Assembly: GCA_014905635.1 (NCBI GenBank)
Contig: JABVCE010000028.1
Location: forward strand, 310,001 to 374,000
Source of the DNA: Scenedesmus sp. PABB004
Taxonomy: Eukaryota
Reading direction: 5' to 3'
Length of the DNA stretch: 64,000 nucleotides
Under the pieces are notes generated by a model. That model saw nothing but the letters and a program-made list of their open reading frames with translations. It was not told the origin of the DNA and ran no database searches. A program made the position numbers and the translations under genes. Shown one piece after another: positions 10,231-21,909 of the stretch; positions within the stretch are counted from its first letter, which is position 1, and every line of letters begins with the position of its first letter.

Positions 10231-13200
10231 ATGGCGCCGCGCCGCGCCCGCCTGCTGGCGGTCCTCGCGGCGGTGCTGCTGCTCGCGCCCTGGCCGGCGC
10301 CGCGCGGCGGCGCGCCGCGCCTCGCGGCGGGGCAGGGCCTGGACGTGTCGTTTGAGCAGCTCGGCGCGGGCGAGGCCGCGTCGCTCGGCGCGCTGTCAGA
10401 GTTTGAGGACCTGCTGGAGGTCGCGGACACGTTCACGGGCAAGCCCCGCAAGCGCCGCTCCAAGGCGTTCATCGACTCCACAAGCCTGCAGCAGCTGCAG
10501 CTGCAGACCTTCCACGTCGCCGGGTCGCCGGCGGTGTACAACGCGTTCAACACGAGCCAGACGCCCGGCGGGCGCAACTACCTGCCGCGCGTGCGCGACC
10601 AGGGCATCTGCTCGACCTGCGTCGGCCACGCCGTCGCGGCCGCGGTCGAGGCGAGCGTCGCGTCGGCGATGCGGCAGGACGCGGCGGCGTGGGACGTGTC
10701 CGCGCAGTCGCTCTACTACTGCAGCCCCGGCGGCCGCACGTGCGCGACCGGGTGGCAGATTGCAGACGCGCTCGACGTCGTCGCCAACGCGCCCGCGCTC
10801 GTGCGGCCGAGCAGCTGCGGCCTGAGCAACGCCGCGGTCGAGTACGAGGTCGGCTCCTGGGGCGGGCTCTGCGACGCCGCGAGCGCCGCGTGCCCCGCGA
10901 GCAACGGCAGCCTGCCCTGGATGTCGTGCACCTACAAGAGCCTCTCCACGTTCTGGCAGATCCAGCAGCACCTGCGCCAGTACGGCGCCGTCGTCACGCG
11001 CATCACGGTGCGCCGGCGCTCAGCAGCGCGTTGCAGCGCGCCGGCGGCGCCGCCCGCTCCGGCGCGGCCCGCCGCGCGCTCGCCCGCCCGCCCGCCCGCG
11101 CGCCAGCATCCGCGCACCACCCTGCGCTCACTCGCCCCCGCCGCCGCCGCCGCACGCACACAGATTTATGACGACTTCCGGCCCTTCTTTTACCCCGGCG
11201 GCCGCCCCGGCGCCTCGTACGGCGTGTACAACGTGTCGGGCAGCGCCAAGAAGCTCTACGGCCACGCCGCCGTCATCGTGGGCTACGACAACAACGCGCG
11301 CGCGTGGACGATGCTCAACAGCTGGGGCAAGGGCCGCGGCTGGACGAGCGACGGGCTCTTCCGCATCGCCATGGGCGCCGCGGGTGCGCGCGCGCGCTGC
11401 GCCAGCCGCGCTCGGCACGCGCGTGCTGCCCCGCCGGTCCGCCGCCGTGCATGCGCCCGGCGCCTCACCCGCCGCCCCGCCCCGCCCCGCCCCTCTTCCG
11501 CGCGCGCGCGCGCCGCCAGGCGTGGGCAGCCCCGACGAGACGTACGGCCTGATCTGCGAGCCCGCGCCCGGCACCGACCTGGACCCGCACGACACGCAGC
11601 CTTGGCGCGCGCAGCGCCTGCTGCCCGTGTCGCTCGCGTCGCCGGCCGACCGCGACAACCTCGCGGCGCCGTGCTACAACTACACCGCCGCGCCCGGCGA
11701 CACCGCGAGCGGGCTGGCCGACGCGTTCAGCGTCGACGTGCGCTCGTTCGTGATGGACAACACGGCCGTCTTTGTGCCGCGCCCGGTCAGCGTGGAGTAC
11801 AGCGACGCGATGAGCTCGATCCAGCTGCAGACCATCCTGCAGACGGTCAAGAAGATCGTGCCGCCCGGCACGCCAGACCCCTACTTCACCTGCAGCGGCG
11901 TGCCCACGCCGCCGGCTGCCAACGGCTCCGCCAACGGCTCCGCCGACGGCAACGCCACGGCCGGCGGCAACGCGACCGCCGACGGCAACGCCACCGCCGA
12001 CGGCAACGCCACCGCCGTCAACGTGACGTGCGGCCTGAGCGCGAGCGGCGGGCTGGCCGACCTCGAGCCGTGCGCGGTGAGCGGCCTGACCTGCCTGCTG
12101 CACTACTACGAGCCCGACGCCTCAGCCGACCCCGCGGGCGCGACGCTGCGCGTGTGCGGCATCAGCAGCGTCACGGGGCAGTTCAGCAAGGTCGCGCGCT
12201 TCGCCGACGTCGGCGTCGGCCAGGCGCGCGCGCTGCGGCTGCTGCTCGACACGTTTGGCTTCAAGTCGACGCCGGTGCCGCAAAACTACTGCAACCGCAA
12301 GGCCTGGGACAGCCTCGCGGGGCCGGGCGGCGCGGCGCCGTTCCTCACGGGCCGCTGGGTGCAGGCGTGCGACGCAGACGGCTACGTGACCAAGCTCGAC
12401 GCCGTCATCCTGCCCAACTGCGGCGCCGACTGCAACCTCGACTTTGGGCCCACGCTCGTGGCGGGGCTGCTCGCGCTGCCGCGCCTGGAGCAGCTGTACC
12501 TCATCGTGAACCGCGGCAGCCTGCCGCCGCAGCTCGGCGCGCTGTACGCGATGCGCGACCTCTGGGTGCGCTACTGGTGCATCAACGGCGGCCTGCCGCC
12601 CAACTGGTCGCGCTGGGCGGACATCACCGACGTCGACGTGCAGCCTCACGGCGACGCGACCGACGCGATGCGCGACGACGCGTGCGGCCTGACCGGCCCG
12701 CTGCCGGGCGAGTGGGGCACGCGCATGACGAGCCTCGTCAACCTGCACCTCGAGAACAACAAGCTCTCGGGGCCCCTCGCGCCCGCGCTGGCTGGCCTGG
12801 AGAGCATCAAGGAGATCTACCTCCAAAACAACCGCTTCTCAGGCGCGCGGCGCGGGGCTGCGGCGGCGGCGCGCGGCGGCGGCGCGCGTGGCAGGGGGGC
12901 TGGGGCGGCGCAGCCGCGCCGCGCGCGCGGCCGCCGCGCGCGCCGCCGAGCGCCCCGCCCCGCGCCGCGCGCCACGCGCGCAGGCCAGCTGCCGAGCCAG
13001 CTGAGCGCGCTCGGGAAGCACATGGACGGCGCGACGGCGATCAACCTGAGCGGCAACGACTTTGACGGACCCTTCCCGCTCACCTGGTCCGGCTTCAAGG
13101 GCGTCCTCGGCTACCTCTGGCTGGTGAGCATCGCCGCTGCCGCCGCCGCCGAGCGCGCCGCGGCCGGCCGGGCGTGGCGGCGCGGGCAGCGGGCCGCGGG

Positions 13201-16070
13201 CCGCGGGCGCGCCGACCCGACCCGACCCGACCCGACAACCCCCCCCCCCCCCCCCCGCGCTCCGCCGCCGCCGCGCGCAGGACAACAACCCCAGCCTGCG
13301 CGGCTGCGTGCCGCTCTCGCCGTTCACGACGCTCTCGTACGCGGGCACAGCGATCACGGGCCTCTGCTCGAGCCTCGCGAGCGAGGTGGAGCGCGAGCAG
13401 CGCGCCGCGCTCGACGCGCTGCCGGCCGTCTTTGGCGCCGACGGGCAGGGCTGGGCGGTGCTGGACCGCATCCTCACCACCGGCGGCGCGCGCCTGTCGG
13501 ACTGGGTCAACGGGCAGCAGAGCAGCACCGCGGTGTACGCCGAGGATGAGCGCGGCTCGGCCGAGGTTGTGGTGTCGGTCGTCGACGGCACGGTGTATGT
13601 GACGAGCATCACGGTCAACGGCGCGGGGCTCGACATGACGCGCCTGCCGGGCTTCATTGCCGCGCTGCCGCGGCTCGCAGAGTTCAAGGTGCGCGTGTGT
13701 GCGTGTGTGCGTGCGTGTGTGCGTGTGTGCGTGTGTGCGTGTGCGCGCGCGCGGCCCCGCCTGCACGCGCTCGAGCGGCGGCGCGGCCGCCTGCGGGTGC
13801 CGGCCTGAGCGCTGAGCCCCGCCCCGCCCCGCCCTGCCCGCCCCGCCCCGCCCCGGCCCGCGCGCAGTGCAACTGGTGTGATATGAATTCTTGGAACGCG
13901 ACGGCGAGCGCGCTGCCGGGCGCGCTCGCGGCGCGCGCGCCGGCGAGCCTGACCAAGCTCGAGATCACCAACTCCCGCCTCCCGGGCCCGCTCCCGGAGG
14001 CGTGGGGCGCGTGGAAGACGCTGTCGCGCCTCAACCTGTACGACAACGCGCTCACCGGCGGCCTGCCGGCGTCGTGGGGCGGCATGACGGCGATGGGCAG
14101 CATGGACCTCGGCAAGAACGCGCTGACCGGCCCGCTGCCGGGCGCGTGGGGCCAGGGCCCGCTGGCCGCGGCGCTGAGCGAGATGTTCCTGGCGGACAAC
14201 CCGGGCCTCACCGGCAGCGTGCCGCCCGACTGGTCGACCTTCAAGGGCGGCTTGTTCATGGCCGGCACCGGCGTCGCGGGCTGCGTGCCCGACCAGCTTC
14301 TCTTCACGGTCGTCAAGGACACGCCCAACGTGCCCTGCTCGGGGAGCAGCCCAGAGGTCGGCGCGCTGCTCGGCCTGCGCGCGCTGCTCGACCCTGCCGG
14401 CGCGGCGCTCGGCGGCTGGCGCCGCAACACCGCGGGCGGCGTCGTGTCGCCGGGGCTCGTGCAGCCCGGGTACTGCCGCAAGTGGGCGGGCGTCGCGTGC
14501 AACGCGCGCAACGAGGTCACGCAGCTGGACCTCAGCGGCCTCGCCGCGCGCGGCGTGGCGGCGCCGGGCAAGCCGCTGTCGCTCGCGGCGGTCGTGCGCT
14601 TCCTGCGCAAGCTGCCGAGCCTCGAGGTGCTGCGCCTCGGCGGCAACGCGGCGCACCTGCGCGGCAGCGCACTCGTGGGCTCGCTCGCGCTGCTGCGCCG
14701 CCTCTCGGAGCTGGACGTGTCGGACTGCGGCCTCGCCGGCACGCTGCCCACGGGGCTCGTCGCGCTGAGCAACCTGCAGTCGCTCAACATCAGCGGCAAC
14801 CCTGGCCTCACCGGCGGCCTGCCGGACATCTGGGGCGGCATGACCTGGCTGCAGAGCGTCGACGCGTCGCGCACGGGCCTGGGCAGCCGCCTGCCCGGCG
14901 GCTGGGCGTCGATGCAGCAGCTGGCGGCGTTCCGCGCCGACGACCTGCGCCCGGGGCTCGCCGGCCGCCTGCCGGACGAGTGGGGACTGCTGCAGCGCCT
15001 GCGCGTGTTCAGCGCGCGCGGCTCGCGCCTCAGCGGCGCCCTGCCCGCGGCGTGGGCGGACCCGCTCGCGATGCGCGCGGCGGCGGCGGCGGCGCTCAGC
15101 GCGGCGCGCACGAGCGCGGCGGCCGCGTCGACGGCGCTCGCCGCTGCCGAGGTGGCCGCTGCGCCGTCGCGGCGCGCCGCGGCCGCCGTCGCGATCGCCA
15201 GCTCCGCCGTCGCCGCGGAGCGCAAGGAGGGCGTGGCCGGCGCGCGCGCCGCGGCCGCCGCCGCCAAGGCGGCGCTCGAGGCGCTGGAGGCCGCGGCGGC
15301 ACGGCTCGAGGCGGCCGCGCCGCGCGCCGCCGCCGCCGTGGCCACGTCGGGCGGCGCCAGCGCCGCCTCGAGCAGCAGCGGCCTGGGCCTGGCGCAGCTG
15401 GAGGTGCTGGACCTCACGGGCAACCAGATCACCGGCGAGCTGCCGGCGACCTGGGCGGCGCTGTCGGGCCTGCAGGCGCGCGCGCCGCCGCGCGCCGCCG
15501 CCGCGCTGTCGCGCTGCGTACGCTGCGCCGCGCACGCCGCGCCGCGGCCGCGCTGACCGCGCCGCCGCCCGCGCGCCCGCGCAGGAGGTGCGCCTCGCCG
15601 GCAACGCGCTGCGCGGCTCGCTGCCGAGCGTGTGGGCGCGCCTGGGCGCGGTGCGCGTGCTGGACCTCAGCAACAACACCGCGCTCGCCGGCCAGCTGCC
15701 GTCGTCGTGGGCGGGCCTCGCCGCGCTCTCGCGCCTCAGCCTCGCCGGCTGCCGGCTGCGCGGCACGCTGCCGCCGCTGTGGGTTGGCATGAAGAGCGTC
15801 GAGGCCATGGACCTCTCGCGCAACCTCTTCACCGGCGGCCTGCCGCGGCAGTGGGGCCTCATGGCCACGCGCGCGACGCACAAGCTCACGACGCTCGTGC
15901 TGTCGGACAACCCGTGCATGTCCCTCGGCAACCTGCAGCGCAGCGTCGCGTCGTCGGGCATCACCGACGGCGGCTACGTGAGCGTCGTCACCGACTGCTG
16001 CAGCCGCCTCGCGCCCGCGTCCAACGCCTGCCCCGCGCGCGCCGCCGGCGGCGCCGGCGGGCGGCGGTGA
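10231..16070 (+). CDS. Secreted protein: papain-family (C1A) cysteine peptidase + LysM-like domain + plant-type LRR arrays; 7 exons
   Basis: Signal MAPRRARLLAVLAAVLLLA; VRDQGICSTCVGHA, GHAAVIVGY, NSWG (Cys/His/Asn); CYNYTAAPGDTASGLADAFSV; many LxxLxLxxNxLxGxLPxxW repeats; YCRKWAGVAC cap. Exons 10231-11007, 11164-11383, 11520-12842, 12984-13123, 13281-13688, 13868-15475, 15585-16070. Confidence 0.85.
13689..13750. repeat. Imperfect (TG/CG)n microsatellite in an intron
   Basis: gtgtgtgcgtgtgtgcgtgcgtgtgtgcg run. Confidence 0.85.
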
Positions 16071-16538
16071 GGCGCGGCGGGGCGCGCACCAAACGACGGC
16101 CACCGCATTTGATGGCGCGGCGCGGCAGGCGGGGGTGCGAGCGAAACTCGAAACTCAATCTCGTTGGCGTGGCTTTGATCGGCATTTGACGCGGCGCTTT
16201 GATTCGCACCGCCTCGGTCGTCGTTGGCGTCGCGGCCTGGCAGGGTTGGCACGGTGGGGCGCCCTGCGCGCCCGCCCGCCGTTGCGCGCGCCCGGGGCGG
16301 CCTGCCTGGCCGGCCGGGCCGTGCACAGCGGCCGGCGCAAACCCAATCCCACGGCCCCTGCACTGTGTCCCCGCCCAGCATCAGGCCCCCGGCCTCCCGG
16401 ACGTCGGGCCGGGCGGCGCGCGTGGCGGCTCCCCAGACCTCCACGCACCCGCGCGCGTGTCTCTCCCGACGCGAGATCCCAGAGCGTGGGCTTTTCATGC
16501 GCTTCCTCGGAACCGAGTGGGCGCGGCGGCGCTGCTGT

Positions 16539-16543
16539 TGTAA
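16539..16543 (+). terminator. Candidate TGTAA polyadenylation signal of the papain-LysM-LRR gene
   Basis: TGTAA is the established chlorophyte poly(A) signal; it lies about 470 nt after the stop. Confidence 0.5.
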
Positions 16544-16960
16544 ATGATCGCCTGACCGCGGCCGCGCAGCACAGCCTCGGCCGCGTGTCGCCACCACAGC
16601 CCGCCACGGAACGGGCGAGCGCAGATCTGACGGCTCTCGACCCTGGCCTCGCTGCAGGCGGGGCGGCTGGGCCAGCAGGCGGCGGTTCAGGTCTCTCCTC
16701 AGATTACGTTACCCGCGAGCGCTCAGACGCAGCAAGGTTCCTGGGACACTATCTCTGCGGCGCCCGCGGCTAGAGCCGCGCGCCGATGGTGTGATGTACA
16801 GCATGCGCCACTCAGCAGCCCACACGCGCGCACACGCGCGCTCCACACCACACGGCCCCGGCCGCGCAGGGCAGCAGCAGCGGCCCGCCGGCACAAGAGA
16901 CCTGCGCGCTCCAAAACGGCGCGCGCACCAGCAGCAGCAGCAGCGTCGTCGGCCGGGCGC

Positions 16961-18258
16961 TTAGTTGCCGGGCACGAACTTGGTGGCGTAGTTCCAGGCG
17001 TTGCTGCCGGAGGGGTCCGCCAGGTGGGCGTCCAGGTTGGCGATGGGGCCCTGGCCGGTGACGATCGCCTGCACGAAGAAGCCGAACATGCTGAACATGG
17101 CGAGGCGGCCGTTCTTGATCTCCTTCACCTTGAGCTCGGCCAGGGTGTCGGGGTCGTCAGCCAGGCCGAGGGGGTCGAACGCGCCGCCGGGGTAGAGGCT
17201 GTCCAGGTCCTCGCCGAAGCCGCCGGGGGCACCGCCGTTGGCGCGGTAGCTCTCGGCCGCGCCCATCAGCAGCACCTGCGCGGCAGGGCGGCGGCAGGGG
17301 CAGCGCGCGCGTCAGCGGCGGCTCGGTCAGGACTGAACAGCAGCGAGCGCCGCGCGCGCGCTGCGCTGGCTGCTGCCGCGCGCGCGCGCGCCGCCGTGCC
17401 TCTGCTGGCTGCCGGCTGCTGGCCAGCGCGCGCGCGCTGCTGGCGGTGCCGCAGCGCGCTCCGCACCTGGACGGCCAGGGTGGCGAGGATGCTCTGGGCG
17501 TGCACGAGGTTCTCGTTGCCCAGGTAGTTGAGGCCGCCGTCCTGGAAGATCTGGGCGCCGGCCTTGAACCACACGGCCTCACCGAACGGCACGCCGTTCT
17601 TGGCCAGGAGCTCGGGGGTCACGCAGCCCAGGGCGCCGAGCATGGCCCAGCGGGCGTGGATGACCTCGATCTCCCTGTACTTGGCGAAGGTCTGGGGGTC
17701 GGCGGACAGGCCGGCGGTGTCCCAGCCGTAGTCACCGGGGAACTCGCCCGTCAGGTAGGCGGGGGTGTCGCCCTCGGAGAAGGGGCCTGCGCAGGGGAGG
17801 GCGGGGCGGGACAGACCGGCGATCAGACCTGTGCGCACCAGTCGACCGGGCGAGCGCGGCGCGCTGCGGCCGCGCGAGGAGCGCTGCGACACAAGATCCC
17901 GACCAGATCGGGCGCGCCGCGCCGCGGATCGCGCACACGCGCGGGCGCGCGCGCCCCACGCGGCTCCGGGGCGCGCCAGGCGTGCCTCACCGAGGAACTT
18001 CGGGCGGTCGGGGCCGTACCACTCGATGGCGGCGCGGGGCACCACGGTGGACACCTGGCGGGGCGCGGCGGGGCGCGGGGCGGGCGGGGTGAGCGCGGCA
18101 TGCGCGGGCCGCGCTGGGGCCTGCCCGGGCGCGCGCGGCCTCGCGGCGCGGCGCGACGCGTCGGCAGCGGCGCAGGGAGCGCGCCCTCGCACCTTGGCGC
18201 CGCGCACGGGGCGGGCCACGGCGGCCTTGCCGGCCAGGCTCTTGACGGCGAACGCCAT
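16961..18258 (-). CDS. LHCBM: Major light-harvesting chlorophyll a/b-binding protein of PSII, copy A; 4 exons
   Basis: [11 protein letters not shown] transit peptide; [70 protein letters not shown]. Confidence 0.97.
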
Positions 18259-18632
18259 GGTGGTTGAGTGGGGCTTGTGTGGTGGAGAGAAGCTGGGTGG
18301 AGGGCTGGGATCAGCTTCAGACACCGGGCGCCGGGCGTGCGGGCGGCTAAGTAGCGGGGGAGCGCCGCGACTTGAAGCGGCAGGGCCGATATCTGATCTT
18401 CTGCTAGATGGTCCAAAACGCGTCCCACGCGCCGCCACGGCCCGTACGAGGCGCCCGCGTAGCCCCGGGCAGGCGCCAGCCCGGCGCGCGCGCCGCGACG
18501 GGGCCGGCAGCAGCCGGAGTCAAAGCCGCGTTGAACGGCGCGGAGGGCGCCCGCGACGGCGCACTGAGCAGCAGGCAGTCCCAGAGCAAGCCGCCTGAGA
18601 CGCCGGCGGGCGGGCGCGGTCAGGCGCGCCGC

Positions 18633-18667
<35 letters not shown>

Positions 18668-19525
18668 AGCGGGGCCCCCTCCCTCCCGCGCGCCCGACAG
18701 GGGTGGGCAGCCCGCCCGGCCTGCTGGCAGCAGGCACGCCTGGGGCGACCCACAGAGCAGCCAGCGGACGGCGCGAGGCACCCGGCGATGGCGCCCAGAT
18801 CGGCGCCGCCGCCCGGCGTGCGCGCCGCTGCCGCGCGCGCGCGCCCGCCCACTCGGCTGCTGCACGTGGTCGGTGGCCTCCCAGAGCTGCCTGCCCATGG
18901 GCTGGGCCTGTCGCCTGCGTGCGGCTGCGGCGGTCTGCGGCAATCGTCGGCCCCGCACGCCTGCCAGCTGGTTACCCTGCTCGTTCACAGCGCACCCACG
19001 CTGGCGGCGGCGTGTGCCAGGCGCTGCCGCCGGCACAGCGCACACACACACGCGCTCAGCTTTCCAGGAGGTGCCTGACGGCAGCTGGCGAGCCGCACAA
19101 CACTCAAGCATCCGCTGCACACGCCCCTCCGTCCGCACGCGCGCACGCGCGGTGCACGGGCACCGCTGCGGCTGCAGCAGCTGCGCACGCGCGTGCCGCT
19201 GCCCAAAACCTGGCGAGCCGCCAACCACCCAGCGCGCACAGCTCGGCGCCGACGCGCCCGCCAGCGCCGCGCTGCTGCGGCGGCGGCCGCGCCCCGCCGG
19301 CTGGCACGCGCGGGCGCGGGCGCGCGGCTGCAGGTCGCTGCAGCCAGGCTCGCCCCGCCCGCCCGCGCCTCCCGCCTCAGCTCCCAAGCTGCAGCAGCCG
19401 GCGCAGCGGCGCGCGCGGGGATCGCCGCCGCTGCTGCGGTCCCCGCGCGCGCGCCGCCGCGCCGGCTGCTGAACGCCGCACGCCACGCAGTGCGCGCACG
19501 CGCGCTGCACCAGACGCGGCGCAGC

Positions 19526-19588
19526 TCACAGCTTGCCCTCCTCGACCAGGCCCTCCACGCGCAGCAGCACAAAGCCGATGGCCAGGCC
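19526..19588 (-). pseudogene. Orphan copy of the PETM last exon
   Basis: GLAIGFVLLRVEGLVEEGKL* with its AG acceptor, matching 29777-29839; no upstream PETM exons in 19604-20180. Confidence 0.85.
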
Positions 19589-20182
19589 CTGCGCGGCGGG
19601 CGGGCGCGGCAGCCGCGGGGGCGGCGCGCGCGGCAGCCGCGGGTAGGCGCGCGCGGCGGTGCGGCGCACGCTGTGCACACGGCGCAGAGCCCCGCGCCTG
19701 CGACCGGTGCGGCTTCTGCGCATGTGCCGGCGCCACGGCCAGGCTGCAGGGGTGCTGGCTCCTTGCTGGTGGCACATCCAATTGGATGTGCCGCGTTGCA
19801 ACGCGGCAGCAGCGTTGCGCCGCGAGACCGCTGGCACCGTGGCCGGGACAGCGCTGCTGGCGGGCGGGCGCTGGTCCGCGCACTGGCTGAGCTGAGGCGT
19901 GGCCCGCGCGAAGCGTGTGTGCGACCTGACGCTGCTGCCAGGGGCGGCAGGCCGGGGGGTTTGCGGGCCACACGGTTACGCACAGGGCGGCGGGCCGCCC
20001 ATACGCGCCAGGCGCGCACGCTCCACTCCGCTGGCTCCACACGCTTGTCAGAGCTTGTCCAGCTCGACGCACCGGCACACGCACGCGGCACGCACGCACT
20101 CGGCGCCACGCATCCTGCGTTCTCTCAGCTTGCCCCTTGGAACTCCAAAACAAGGGATGGGCTGGGCGGCTGCAGGGTGCGC

Positions 20183-21560
20183 TTAGTTGCCGGGCACGAA
20201 CTTGGTGGCGTAGTTCCAGGCGTTGCTGCCGGAGGGGTCCGCCAGGTGGGCGTCCAGGTTGGCGATGGGGCCCTGGCCGGTGACGATCGCCTGCACGAAG
20301 AAGCCGAACATGCTGAACATGGCGAGGCGGCCGTTCTTGATCTCCTTCACCTTGAGCTCGGCCAGGGTGTCGGGGTCGTCAGCCAGGCCGAGGGGGTCGA
20401 ACGCGCCGCCGGGGTAGAGGCTGTCCAGGTCCTCGCCGAAGCCGCCGGGGGCACCGCCGTTGGCGCGGTAGCTCTCGGCCGCGCCCATCAGCAGCACCTG
20501 CGCGGCAGGGCGGCGGCAGGGGCAGCGCGCGCGTCAGCGGCGGCTCGGTCAGGACTGCTGCCACGCGCACGCCGCGCGCGCGCTGCGCTGGCAACTGCCA
20601 CGCGCGCGCGCCGCCGTGCGTCTGCGCTCGCTGCCGGCTGCTGGCCAGCGCGCGCGCGCTGCTGGCGGCGCCGCAGCGCGCTCCGCACCTGGATGGCCAG
20701 GGTGGCGAGGATGCTCTGGGCGTGCACGAGGTTCTCGTTGCCCAGGTAGTTGAGGCCGCCGTCCTGGAAGATCTGGGCGCCGGCCTTGAACCACACGGCC
20801 TCACCGAACGGCACGCCGTTCTTGGCCAGGAGCTCGGGGGTCACGCAGCCCAGGGCGCCGAGCATGGCCCAGCGGGCGTGGATGACCTCGATCTCCCTGT
20901 ACTTGGCGAAGGTCTGGGGGTCGGCGGACAGGCCGGCGGTGTCCCAGCCGTAGTCACCGGGGAACTCGCCCGTCAGGTAGGCGGGGGTGTCGCCCTCGGA
21001 GAAGGGGCCTGCGCGGCGGCAGGGGCGGCGCGGAGGCCCGGGGCATGAGGCGGGGCGCAGCAGCGATCGGCATGCCGGGGCGCGCGCCCCAGATCCAGGC
21101 CGCGCGCGAGGCTGCCCGGCGCTCCCGACGCGCTGCGCGGTCGCCGGCCCGCAAGATGCGGGCGCTGGATCGGCCAGGCGCGTCGCTGCGCGTGCGCGCG
21201 CCGGGCGCTCCCGGCGCATGCTCCCGCCCGGCTCCGGCGCGGCGCGCACCGAGGAACTTCGGGCGGTCGGGGCCATACCACTCGATGGCGGCGCGGGTCA
21301 CCTGGCGGGTGGCCTGCGGGGCGCGCGGAGGGCGCGGGTCAGCACCTGTCGGGCGTGGGCCGCGCCCGACAGCGCCGCGGCAGGCCCCCGCGCGGCGCGC
21401 GCTGCCATGCATTGGCTGCGGACGGGGGCCGGGCACCTCCCGCCGGCGCTGCCAGGGCTGGCGACGCGCGTGCAGCGCGGGGGAGCGCAGATTTCGGCCT
21501 CACCCGGGGGGCGCTGGCGCGCACGCCGAAGGTGGCCTTCTGGGACAGGATGGCAGCCAT
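20183..21560 (-). CDS. LHCBM: Major light-harvesting chlorophyll a/b-binding protein, copy B (different transit peptide); 4 exons
   Basis: [41 protein letters not shown], then the same mature protein as copy C. Confidence 0.97.
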
Positions 21561-21909
21561 GGTGACAAGCTGTGTGGAGAGGAAGCGGGGTGGAGTTGGC
21601 GCGGGGCCGGCGCGGGCGCGCTCTTGAGGGCAGGCTGCAGATGAATGCGGCGGCGACTTATGGTTTAAGGACGCCGCGAGTTAACCCCGATCCCGGGCTC
21701 CAAAAGGCCTCACGGCCGCTGTAAAACCGCTCCCGTCGCGCCAGCGACCTCTGGACCGGGCGCGGAGGCGCTGCGCCGCGAGCGGCGGCAACGGTCGACG
21801 GCGGCGTTGCCTGACCGGGGCGACCCGCCGCGCTCGTGCCGCCCGCCAGCGCCAGCGCTCACCGCTCCAGCTGCTGCTGCGACAGCGCTCACCACTCCAG
21901 CTCCAGCGC

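Larger units (their letters stand above)
16931..19603 (-). repeat. 2.67-kb inverted repeat, left arm (partner 29762-32433)
   Basis: Near-identical reverse complement; holds a whole LHCBM gene, its upstream region, the PETM 3' UTR and the PETM last exon. Confidence 0.95.
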
